32,000 nucleotides of DNA from Ruminococcus albus 7 = DSM 20455 (GCF_000179635.2 NC_014824.1:180001-212000), one strand, 5' to 3'. Numbered from the stretch's first letter, positions 17,459-24,849 are shown. Translations and numbers: made by a program. Notes: generated by a model from the letters alone, not told the origin.

Positions 17459-17564
17459 GAATTCTTCCCCTTCCACTTGGGGATAAGAGCAAATGATAGT
17501 AAAAATGTGGAGAGAACAACGTCTTCACTCTAAAAACACCATATATTTTAAGGAGGTCTTTCAA

Positions 17565-18080
17565 ATGAAAGTATTTACAGAGAGCAGAGAAAACAGAATG
17601 GAAATGGACAAGCACCTTGAAGGCAGACCCCCGATGCCTCATGAGCACGACTTCGGAAGACCGCTTCCTCCTCATGAGCGTCATGGCAGACCCATTCCTC
17701 CTTATGAGAGGAGAGCAATGATGCACGTTGAGTTCGGTAAAGACGACATCGCTCTTCTGGATACCATCTTCGGTGATCCCGACACCGCAATGGCAGCAGC
17801 TTACATCATTCAGAACGCTCCTCCGGAGATCCAGATCCTTGCTATTCAGCTTATGAAGATGAACGGTTCTTCTACTTTCCTAACTGCAAACTCCGGCATT
17901 GATTCTCAGGTGAGATTTCCGTCTCCCACTATGGACGAATCTGCACAGAACCTCTACGCAGAGCTTTACGGTGATGCTGGTGCTCGTTTCGTTGGTATTC
18001 TGAACTCTTCACCGAATGAGATCGCAGTTATTTCCAGATTGATCGCCTATTTGGATGACAGGACAAAGGAGGTATCGTAA
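17565..18080 (+). CDS. hypothetical protein with N-terminal GRPxPPxE decapeptide repeats
   Basis: AGGAGG lies 8 nt upstream of ATG 17565, which I prefer over the track start at 17493. The product is 171 aa. No family recognised. Confidence 0.65.
   Translation: MKVFTESRENRMEMDKHLEGRPPMPHEHDFGRPLPPHERHGRPIPPYERRAMMHVEFGKDDIALLDTIFGDPDTAMAAAYIIQNAPPEIQILAIQLMKMNGSSTFLTANSGIDSQVRFPSPTMDESAQNLYAELYGDAGARFVGILNSSPNEIAVISRLIAYLDDRTKEVS
17622..17714 (+). repeat. three tandem ~30-nt coding repeats
   Basis: The three units encode GRPPMPHEHDF / GRPLPPHERH / GRPIPPYERR. The repeat is visible at the nucleotide level (ggcagaccc... / ggaagaccg... / ggcagaccc...). Confidence 0.8.
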
Positions 18081-18667
18081 TGGATATGCACAGAACTGCC
18101 AAAGAAATCGGACTGTTTCTCACGGCTATCAACCTGGTTGCTGTCATGGACAGTCCTGATGTTCAGGATAAGGTAGGGGCTTCAATGCCCCTGCCGGATT
18201 CTGACACTGAGAAGAAAGTAAGTGACATAGCTAAGTGGCTTACCGGTTTTGGCAAGCGTAAGTATATTTTCCTTACCCCCGAGATCGCATTGATTGAGGA
18301 GCTTCTCAGACAGACCGACAACAAAGCCGAAGTCACAATTGTTATTCCCTGTGATCTTGACCCTGAGATCAAGGAACGATTGCAGAATAATCTTCCTCAC
18401 GGAGCAATGGTGGAACTGCTCGAAGAACCTCATTTTCCTGCTATGCTCTATCCTAGCAACGGAATGCTTGTAACTTGTGGATACATGGGCGAAGATAGGG
18501 CGATGGTAATGGCAGATACCTACAGGATGGTAGAGCATTACAACAGTTTCCTCGGCAAGAAGGTCTTTATTCCTTATACTGAACTTACCTCAGCGGCTCG
18601 CTATGATGGCTGGATGGAGGTTGGACAGGACAGGATAACAGAGAAATGGAGGAGTGGACATGAATAA
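18080..18667 (+). CDS. hypothetical protein (195 aa)
   Basis: Its ATG overlaps the stop of the previous gene (TAATG), and its own stop overlaps the next gene. It bears only a weak resemblance to Rossmann-like DUF364 proteins, so I make no assignment. Confidence 0.6.
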   Translation: MDMHRTAKEIGLFLTAINLVAVMDSPDVQDKVGASMPLPDSDTEKKVSDIAKWLTGFGKRKYIFLTPEIALIEELLRQTDNKAEVTIVIPCDLDPEIKERLQNNLPHGAMVELLEEPHFPAMLYPSNGMLVTCGYMGEDRAMVMADTYRMVEHYNSFLGKKVFIPYTELTSAARYDGWMEVGQDRITEKWRSGHE

Positions 18668-20000
18668 TACAGCTGTAATCTCAAGCGGTGGTTTGAGGGA
18701 AAAGTTCAAGACTGAAAGAAAACAGAGTGCTTTGTTGGAAAAACTCAAAAAGAGTGGTTCGCTGATTCTTATCGCTGCGATGTTTGTCATCGGAAGTGTG
18801 GTAGCCCTCTTTTTCAATATTCCTATCAAGAGTGTAATGAGCAACTACTCCTATGATGTTCTGGTCATTTTGATCGTCATGGAGTTGTTTACCAACTTGA
18901 TTGCAGAGACCGGCATCATGCAGCTTTTAGCTATCAAGATAGCAGAAATGTCCAAGGGTAAGAAACGCCTGTGTCTCATGATGTTCGGTGGGATGATGTT
19001 CCTTATCAGCTCGTGCTTGAATAACATAACCGCAGTTATGATGATCCTGCCTATCGTGTTTGTGCTTCTAAAAACTCTTGAAGTGGACAAGAAGTATGTA
19101 TGTACGTTCTTTGCAGCTATTCTTGCTCTTAGTAACACTGGCGGAGCTGCGTCACCTGTTGGCGATTTTCCAGCAATTGTCATTATGACTAGTGGTATTA
19201 CTAGCTTTCTTAGCTATCTTACACACGCTTTTCCTCTCTTTGCAATCACTTCAGCGGTTCTGATCGCAGTTTGGGGATATCACGTAAAGAAAGAGAATGA
19301 TGATGGTGCATTAAGAAAGTTAGCTGTTATCAATCTTAAAAGCCAGTACAAAAACATCGAAATCCGATTTGACGTTCTGAAACTCCTTGCGGTTGTTTTT
19401 GTGGGAATGTTCCTTGCCTGGAGCTTTGTCCCTCAGAACATTATCCCCCCTGAGATCATCGCTATACTTGGATACGGAATCGCCATGGTCATCTGCTCGG
19501 TCAAAAAAATCAAGGTTCGCCAGATCATGGATCTTAAATCCGTTCTTACTATCGCTTCCTTCCTTTTCTTTGCGCAGGTAGTAAGTCAGACAGGTGTTCT
19601 GAATCTCCTTGCAGCTTATCTCCAGAATCATATTGATAACCCGAAAATCCTTGTAATGGTAATTATGGTCATTACATCACTTGTGGCAGGTATCTTTAGT
19701 GCTGGTCCGGCTGCTGCGGCGATGATGCCAATAGTTGTAAATATCTGTCAAAACTCTCTTACTGGACAGTCAGACTGGATTGCTGATGCCTATGCAGCAG
19801 CAATCTGTGCCGGTTCAAGTCTCTTTATGTGGTCTGCAACCGCCGGATTCATTTTGAGTGGCAAGGTAAACGGTGCAGGTATCGAAGCCGAAGATGGTAA
19901 GAAGACTTCTTGGGGAGTAGGTCAGTACTTGAAATATGGATTTGTGAATTACGCTATTCAGTTAAGTATCGCATTAGTGGTTATCGCAGTGGTATTATAA
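18660..20000 (+). CDS. ArsB/NhaD/CitMHS-superfamily ion or anion permease
   Basis: About 446 aa and polytopic. The segment FTNLIAETGIMQLLAIKIAEMSKGKKRLCLMMFGGMMFLISSCLNNITAVMMILPI is typical of this permease superfamily. GGAGG lies 7 nt before ATG 18660. Confidence 0.75.
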   Translation: MNNTAVISSGGLREKFKTERKQSALLEKLKKSGSLILIAAMFVIGSVVALFFNIPIKSVMSNYSYDVLVILIVMELFTNLIAETGIMQLLAIKIAEMSKGKKRLCLMMFGGMMFLISSCLNNITAVMMILPIVFVLLKTLEVDKKYVCTFFAAILALSNTGGAASPVGDFPAIVIMTSGITSFLSYLTHAFPLFAITSAVLIAVWGYHVKKENDDGALRKLAVINLKSQYKNIEIRFDVLKLLAVVFVGMFLAWSFVPQNIIPPEIIAILGYGIAMVICSVKKIKVRQIMDLKSVLTIASFLFFAQVVSQTGVLNLLAAYLQNHIDNPKILVMVIMVITSLVAGIFSAGPAAAAMMPIVVNICQNSLTGQSDWIADAYAAAICAGSSLFMWSATAGFILSGKVNGAGIEAEDGKKTSWGVGQYLKYGFVNYAIQLSIALVVIAVVL

Positions 20001-20018
20001 AGAAAAGACGCATAAAAG

Positions 20019-20051
20019 AGGCTGTTACACTTGGTTTTAGTGCAACAGCCT
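20019..20051. terminator. stem-loop between convergent genes
   Basis: The stem AGGCTGTT (20019-20026) pairs with AACAGCCT (20044-20051). The downstream sequence is moderately T-rich. Confidence 0.5.
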
Positions 20052-20059
20052 GCCTCTCT

Positions 20060-20272
20060 TTATTCGTCCTCATCACTACATTCATCCAAACCGTGAAGTA
20101 GCTGAATGTATACACACTCTGCACGTTCATGTTCCTCGCCATCTGTAGACATCATGAGTTCAAGGAAATACGCTTTCGCTTCTTCATAGTCCGTCCAGAC
20201 CTCTCGCTTGCCGTTGCAAACGGTAGTGACTTTGTTTGATCTCGGCACTGCCAATTCAGATATTTTCAACAT
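20060..20272 (-). CDS. small acidic hypothetical protein (70 aa)
   Basis: GGAGGG lies upstream of the ATG at 20270-20272 (MLKISELAVPR...). It resembles small conserved ORFs I have seen on Clostridia conjugative elements. No named family. Confidence 0.5.
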   Translation of the reverse strand: MLKISELAVPRSNKVTTVCNGKREVWTDYEEAKAYFLELMMSTDGEEHERAECVYIQLLHGLDECSDEDE

Positions 20273-20456
20273 AGCTGTTCCCTCCAAAAGATTTATTGTG
20301 AATCCATTATAGCGGATAATTCTTCCGGAGTCCAGATCTGCGGAATAATTGTAACCATTCTTGTGAAGTTCGCAGCAATTTCAAACGCTGATCCGGTGCA
20401 GAGCGCACATATCGGCTTTCGGTGCTGTCAGAATTTCTCCTGACAGCACTTTTCTG

Positions 20457-20801
20457 TCAATGCTTCAACTGCAAGACCTTCGTTTGCAGAAACAGCAGAG
20501 GGTCGATGATCTGAACGGCAAGGCTATCGACTTCTTCAATATCCTCCTTGTAAACCTTGTTCGTGACATTTGCACGACGGGCGATCTGGTTGATATTGTT
20601 GGCAACATTATTGGCGATGCATGCGAGCTCCTTCAGCTCATTTTCGCTGACCTGAGCGATGTATCCCTCAAAAATCATCACACGAACAAATCCACTGAGA
20701 CTGCTCATACCGCTGTTTTCAAACTTTTTCTTGATAGCCGCCATTCCTTCGGGGCTGACACGGACTTTCAGGTACAATGTACGCTTCTTTTCATCTTTCA
20801 T
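20457..20801 (-). CDS. mobC: MobC-family relaxosome accessory protein
   Basis: The ATG at 20799-20801 (MKDEKKRTLYLKVRVSPEG...) is preceded by AAGGAG. It carries the MobC signature NNVANNINQIARRAN. No relaxase gene follows it. Confidence 0.75.
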   Translation of the reverse strand: MKDEKKRTLYLKVRVSPEGMAAIKKKFENSGMSSLSGFVRVMIFEGYIAQVSENELKELACIANNVANNINQIARRANVTNKVYKEDIEEVDSLAVQIIDPLLFLQTKVLQLKH

Positions 20802-20875
20802 TTCTCGTGTTCTCCTTTTTATTATTTCCTTAATTCGGGGTTGTAGGGGCAGCGCCCTCTGCCAAGCCTTATGCA

Positions 20876-21727
20876 TTGTCGCAGGGCAGGGATAACGGTC
20901 ATAAGAATGCTAATCTTAATCGTTGGGGTATAGAGACTATTTCGGGTATTCTCAAAAAGCCTGAATATGCAGGTCACACTGTCAACTTCCGTACTCATGT
21001 GAAGTCCTACAAAAACAAGAAACGTGTGGATAACCCAAAAGAGGATTGGCTGATTTTCGAGAACACTCATGAAGCTATTGTCACTCAGCAGGAGTTTGAC
21101 TTGGTTCAGGAGCTTCGCAAGAACAAACGTCGCCCGACAAAACACGAGGAAGTCAATCCGTTTTCAGGCATCTGCTATTGTGCTGACTGCAGAAAGAAAT
21201 TGTATCTGTGCCGTTCGACAACTATGACTGCCGATCAGGAACATCTGAAATGTGGCACTTATGCAAAAGACAAGAACGACTGTACAATTCACTTCATCAG
21301 AACGATTGTTCTGAAAGAGATTATACTAGGTGAGTTGAACAAGATGATTTCCTTTGTCAAGGAGAACGAGGACGAGTTTGTGCAGGCAGCGATGGATAAT
21401 TCTGTTCAGAAGCAGTCCTCAGAGCTTGCCAAGTCCAGGAAGAAGCTGAGAGCAACCGTAGCAGAGCTGACCGCTTACATTGATACTGCCGAACAGAAGT
21501 CAGCCGATATGACCGCATTCATCATGGCAGTACAGAAATATGAGCATATCACGGAGCTGACACCTGAGATTATGCATGAACTGATCGAGAAGATCGTCGT
21601 TCACGCTCCTGACAAGAGCAGTGGTCACAGTACACAGGAGATCGAGATACACTATCGTTTCGATGTTGCCGTTACAACTGCTGTCGCTGACAGCATGAAA
21701 TACGACAAAAATAGAAAGGCTGCGTAA
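20876..21727 (+). pseudogene. 5'-truncated large serine recombinase (C-terminal two thirds only)
   Basis: The translation starts inside the recombinase domain (RWGIETISGILKKPEYAGH...THEAIVTQQEFDLVQ). It continues through the Zn-ribbon (CYCADCRKKLY...LKCGTY), a coiled-coil and the typical tail EKIVVHAPDKSSGHSTQEIEIHYRF. There is no N-terminal resolvase catalytic domain. The frame opens only at 20834. Confidence 0.75.
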
Positions 21728-21778
21728 CCGCCATGGTTACGCAACCTCATCTTCAAATCATAAAACTTCTTTACGAGT

Positions 21779-21809
21779 ACCCGCCTTTCGGCTGGCGGGT
21801 TTGTTGTTT
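21779..21809 (+). terminator. rho-independent terminator
   Basis: The stem ACCCGCC / GGCGGGT (21779-21800) is followed by TTGTTGTTT. Confidence 0.6.
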
Positions 21810-21826
21810 ATGAAGAAGAATGTGAT

Positions 21827-22389
21827 ATGATAGGTGTTGATAAGACAGAATTATCATTCGCAGATCAAGTAGATGCTGTAATGAATGGTAACTTCCCTTT
21901 CTATAGTGCGCTTGCGCTGGAAGTTTGTGATACACCCAAGATCTTAGAAGATATAGGCTGCGAATAATTGCCTATGTTGTACACTCAAAAGCATCTAAAG
22001 AACGCTTTAGCCTCAAAAGACAGGAAAAAGCATAAGCATGGTTTATGTATCAATCAAATCACTGCCTGACTTATTTAATTCAGCTGCGGTTATTGCGGAT
22101 TCACCAACGAAATCAAATAGCGCTATTGTTATTACATGTGAACTGGATAGAGATAATAATTGCATTTCGTATTTCAACAAACAAAAAAAGCCAAGATCTG
22201 TTCTCGTCTCTACTGCTCCAATTGCCGAAGGCGTTTAACAATCTTGACTATGATATTATCTTACATCAAAGCAACAATATTGTTAAGACCTCTGGTGTAA
22301 GAATAGATGGTATAGATAACAAGAACCAAATGACACTTGAAAGATGGGGAGAACAATACTCCGAATTAACAAGTTCATTTAACCCTTAA
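21827..22389 (+). pseudogene. decayed fragment of a conjugative-element polyvalent-protein domain
   Basis: A continuous protein-like reading (MIGVDKTELSFADQVDAVMNGNF...CDTPKILEDIGCE*LPMLYTQKHLKNAL...HGL) is broken by an in-frame TAA at 21965-21967. At least two frameshifts follow, producing track ORFs 22038-22238 and 22045-22389. The ...QLPMLYTQKHL... motif recalls a domain of large ICE or plasmid polyvalent proteins. This is from memory only. Confidence 0.5.
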
Positions 22390-22422
22390 TAATATTATAC
22401 AGCAAAATGATAGTATTGTCAA
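22387..22422 (-). promoter_or_regulatory. consensus promoter-like element on the minus strand (repeat X)
   Basis: The minus strand reads TTGACA (complement of 22417-22422), 17 nt spacer, TATAAT (complement of 22394-22399). By hand alignment it is 29/36 identical to 24406-24441. Confidence 0.4.
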
Positions 22423-22509
22423 TACCTGAGATGAAAAAATAAAAGCCAATTTACATCTAGTGTGCTCGGACTACAATCATTCGAGGGCTTTGATGTTCTT
22501 GACGATTTT

Positions 22510-22549
22510 GCCGCCGCACGCTCGTGACTTTAGTCATGAGTTAGGCGGC
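22510..22549 (+). repeat. LE-like subterminal hairpin
   Basis: The outer stem GCCGCC (22510-22515) pairs with GGCGGC (22544-22549). The inner stem CTCGTGAC (22521-22528) pairs with GTCATGAG (22533-22540) around a TTTA loop. Confidence 0.55.
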
Positions 22550-22567
22550 ATTTCCTGACATTCTGTT

Positions 22568-22639
22568 GTGCATGGTCGAGGGTATGTATATTCATTGTAA
22601 TACCATATCGTAAGAACTACCAAATACAGGAAGTCCTGA
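22568..22639 (+). pseudogene. tnpA: tnpA (Y1/HUH transposase) N-terminal stub
   Basis: The region reads VHGRGYVYSL*YHIVRTTKYRKS*. The YHIV...KYR block is the HUH motif region of IS200/IS605 TnpA. It is interrupted by TAA at 22598-22600 and terminated at 22637-22639. The rest of tnpA is absent. Confidence 0.65.
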
Positions 22640-22704
22640 TCATATACTTCGTCTTGTAAACTGTAAGCCTCAATTAAGAATGTCAGATACTATAATTCTT
22701 AAGT

Positions 22705-22740
22705 GAAAGACAGCTAAGTGAGTAAGATTAGCTGTCTTTC
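22705..22740 (+). other. 12-bp stem-loop
   Basis: GAAAGACAGCTA (22705-22716) pairs with TAGCTGTCTTTC (22729-22740). The T tract after it is weak, so terminator function is uncertain. Confidence 0.4.
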
Positions 22741-22778
22741 TGCATCTTAAACCTCATAAAAAAAATTTGAATTCTGTT

Positions 22779-22796
22779 TGTGTCACGCGTGACACA
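22779..22796. repeat. 18-bp palindrome TGTGTCACGCGTGACACA, copy 4
   Basis: Exact match. The flanks extend it to an imperfect palindrome of about 34 bp (TTCTGTTTGTGTCACG / CGTGACACAAACACAGAA). It lies inside the IS, between the tnpA stub and tnpB. Confidence 0.95.
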
Positions 22797-22813
22797 AACA
22801 CAGAACAACTTTT

Positions 22814-22858
22814 AAGTATATAAAATTTTAAATTCTTAAAAAAATCTACTATAATAAA
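22814..22858 (+). promoter_or_regulatory. paralogue of the parA promoter module, upstream of tnpB
   Basis: By hand alignment without gaps, 36 of the first 44 positions match 10408-10452, including AAAAATCT(G/A)CTATAATAA. TATAAT lies at 22850-22855, about 115 nt upstream of the tnpB ATG. Confidence 0.5.
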
Positions 22859-22969
22859 TATATATGGAATCCATCGTATTTTGTAGCAACTGTAAGCGAC
22901 AGAAGTCTTAAACAGGTAACAGATTACATTAATTCTCAAAAAAAGAAGTAGAAGGAGGGAGTCAGCAGT

Positions 22970-24295
22970 ATGCAGATATATACGACTTACAGCGTTAAGA
23001 TCAAGCATTACAACAACATCTTAAAAGATACCGTTATCGTATACAGACATGCTGTAGATTACCTTATCAAAGTATGTCTTGATAATTGGGATAACATTGT
23101 TACATTCAAAGGTGTGAGTAGACTCACATATATTGAAACACTGATCCATACTACAAAAGATAATCCCGATCCAATTTATGATTTTGATGCCAAATTCTAT
23201 AAGATGCCAAGCTATCTGCGCCGTGGTGCAATCAACGAGGCTATAGGCAAGGTATCATCTTACAAAAGCAATCACTATAACTGGGTTAATAATCCAGTTG
23301 GAAGAGAACCATCGTCTCCAAAAGCAGGATATACATTCCCTTCTATGTACCGTACAGTAATGTACAATCAGACCGGTGATTATACTGCCCAGATCAAAGT
23401 CTACATCCGTAATACATGGGACTGGATAACGATAAACCTTAAAAAGTCTGATATGGATTATATATACAGACATTGCAGTTTTCGCAAGCAATGCGCTCCA
23501 ACACTTCAAAAACGAAGCAAGGAGTGGTTTTTGGACTTTCCGTTTGAGGAAAAGGTCAAACTTGCAGATACATCTGTACACGAACAGACCATTGTTGCTG
23601 TAGACCTTGGGATCAACACCGCTGCTACGATTTCCGTAATGCGTTCAGATGGCACTATTCTTGGAAGGCATTTTTGTAAGCTTACCAAAGAAACAGACCA
23701 TCTGATGCATAGCATTAACCGTATAAAAAAAGCTCAGCAGCATGGTAACTATAAAACACCAAGGCTTTGGGCAAAAGCCAAAGGAATCAATCACGACATT
23801 GCCACTAAAACAGCTGCCTGCATCGTAGATATAGCCGTTCTTTATAATGCAGATGTTATTGTATTTGAGCATTTAGACAAGAACGGTAAGGTCCGCGGTT
23901 CTAAAAAGCAGAAGCTCAAGCTGTGGCGCAGTCAGGAAGTACAGTCTATTGTAACGAATAAAGCTCACAGACTAGGTATGAGAGTAAGCCGTATCTGTGC
24001 ATGGAATACGTCACGCTTTGCCTACGATGGCAGTGGTTTTGTACTTCGTGGTAAATTCGGTGGTTTCAATACCTATGAGCTATGCAAATTTCAAAATGGC
24101 AAGACCTACAACTGTGATCTATCTGCTTCGTATAATATCGGGGCAAGATATTTCATACGTGAAATATTAAAATCCTTGGATGAGAATTCAAGGTTGCTCA
24201 TTGAGGCAAAAGTCCCTCAATGCTGTAAGAGAAGCACCTGCACGTTCTCTACCTTAGTTAACCTGAATGCGGAAATTATTGCTCAAACAGCATAA
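22970..24295 (+). CDS. tnpB: TnpB-like RNA-guided nuclease (IS200/IS605 accessory protein)
   Basis: 441 aa, with GGAGGG upstream of the ATG. The RuvC triad is readable: VAVDLGIN (D), VIVFEHL (E) and NCDLSASYNIGARYF (D). The segment where the zinc finger normally sits has no CxxC pairs (RICAWNTSRFAYDGSG...ELCKFQNGKTYNC). Confidence 0.85.
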   Translation: MQIYTTYSVKIKHYNNILKDTVIVYRHAVDYLIKVCLDNWDNIVTFKGVSRLTYIETLIHTTKDNPDPIYDFDAKFYKMPSYLRRGAINEAIGKVSSYKSNHYNWVNNPVGREPSSPKAGYTFPSMYRTVMYNQTGDYTAQIKVYIRNTWDWITINLKKSDMDYIYRHCSFRKQCAPTLQKRSKEWFLDFPFEEKVKLADTSVHEQTIVAVDLGINTAATISVMRSDGTILGRHFCKLTKETDHLMHSINRIKKAQQHGNYKTPRLWAKAKGINHDIATKTAACIVDIAVLYNADVIVFEHLDKNGKVRGSKKQKLKLWRSQEVQSIVTNKAHRLGMRVSRICAWNTSRFAYDGSGFVLRGKFGGFNTYELCKFQNGKTYNCDLSASYNIGARYFIREILKSLDENSRLLIEAKVPQCCKRSTCTFSTLVNLNAEIIAQTA

Positions 24296-24421
24296 TTTTC
24301 TGAGTTCAGGCTGTATGGTAGAAACGTAGTCCGCCTGCCTAAAGTGGGCGTGTCCGCTAGGACACTATAGGAAGCACGCGACTTTAGTCGTGTGAGGCTT
24401 CACTCTAATAATAGTATATAG
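24170..24421 (+). ncRNA. putative omega RNA (reRNA) scaffold plus about 16-nt guide
   Basis: This rests on established IS200/IS605 architecture: the omega RNA overlaps the 3' end of tnpB and runs through the RE into flanking DNA. The terminal hairpin GAAGC-ACGCGAC-TTTA-GTCGTGT-GAG-GCTTC lies at 24371-24400. The 5' end and the exact RE-guide junction (24401-24406) are guesses. Confidence 0.45.
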
Positions 24422-24441
24422 CAAAATGACGATAATATCAA
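24406..24441 (-). promoter_or_regulatory. promoter-like element on the minus strand (repeat X'), abutting the IS right end
   Basis: The minus strand reads TTGATA (complement of 24436-24441), 17 nt spacer, TATACT (complement of 24413-24418). It would fire antisense into the RE and omega-RNA region. Confidence 0.35.
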
Positions 24442-24738
24442 GTCTTTCGATTTAAAAAATTCTGCGAACACCTCAGAGATCAAAAGGGAGCCTGCAACAG
24501 ATACAACCGATGAAAACGGCATAGTATTTTCTATAATACAGACAAAAAGCCCCTGCATACAGGGCATGGGTAAATGCGTTTTGAATTTTACCACATTATT
24601 GAAAATGTAATAATGACTCATTTTTTTGTAAAGAGGCTGCTGCGGATGCAACAGCCTCTTATTGTTACTCAAATTCGTCGCGGCATAGCTCATCTAGAGT
24701 TACTTTTTCACTTAAGAATATGATAGCTTTTTCATGTC

Positions 24739-24849
24739 CTATTTCTCTATCTCCCTAGCAAGTGAGAACATATCCTGATAGGGTACAAAGTCCAAGGGGT
24801 ACTTAGCTATAGCATTTTCGATTTTATCTATCAAGATGTTATTATTCAT
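24739..24849 (-). CDS. possible 36-aa ORF
   Basis: GGAGGTG lies 6 nt upstream of the ATG at 24847-24849. The translation is MNNNILIDKIENAIAKYPLDFVPYQDMFSLAREIEK. It is short with no recognised family, so support is weak. Confidence 0.25.
   Translation of the reverse strand: MNNNILIDKIENAIAKYPLDFVPYQDMFSLAREIEK

Larger units (their letters stand above)
22490..24405 (+). mobile_element. IS200/IS605-family element with decayed tnpA and intact tnpB
   Basis: Two related two-tier hairpins share the core GAC-TTTA-GTC: one at 22510-22549 (LE-like) and one at 24371-24400 (RE-like). They bracket a tnpA stub and a full tnpB. The left boundary is approximate. Confidence 0.6.

Noticed and set aside
20460-21145. 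Plus-strand ORFs 20460-20846 and 20659-20895 lie antisense to mobC, and minus-strand ORF 20822-21145 lies antisense to the recombinase fragment.
   Set aside because: These are shadow ORFs opposite sequences with clear family signatures, and they have no RBS.
22038-22389. Track ORFs 22038-22238 and 22045-22389 could be independent genes.
   Set aside because: Read together with 21827-21967, they form one continuous homologous reading broken by a stop and frameshifts. They are better explained as one pseudogene.
24400-24693. A 97-aa minus-strand ORF lies between the IS right end and the Mrr-like gene.
   Set aside because: It reads through two stem-loops and the promoter-like repeat X'. It has no RBS and an implausible composition. 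It is likely non-coding.
22695-24719. The 14-mer ATTCTTAAGTGAAA at 22695-22708 recurs in inverted orientation at 24706-24719, bracketing tnpB.
   Set aside because: A few exact 14-mer pairs are expected by chance in a window this size. The core CTTAAG is itself palindromic, and neither position coincides with the IS hairpins.
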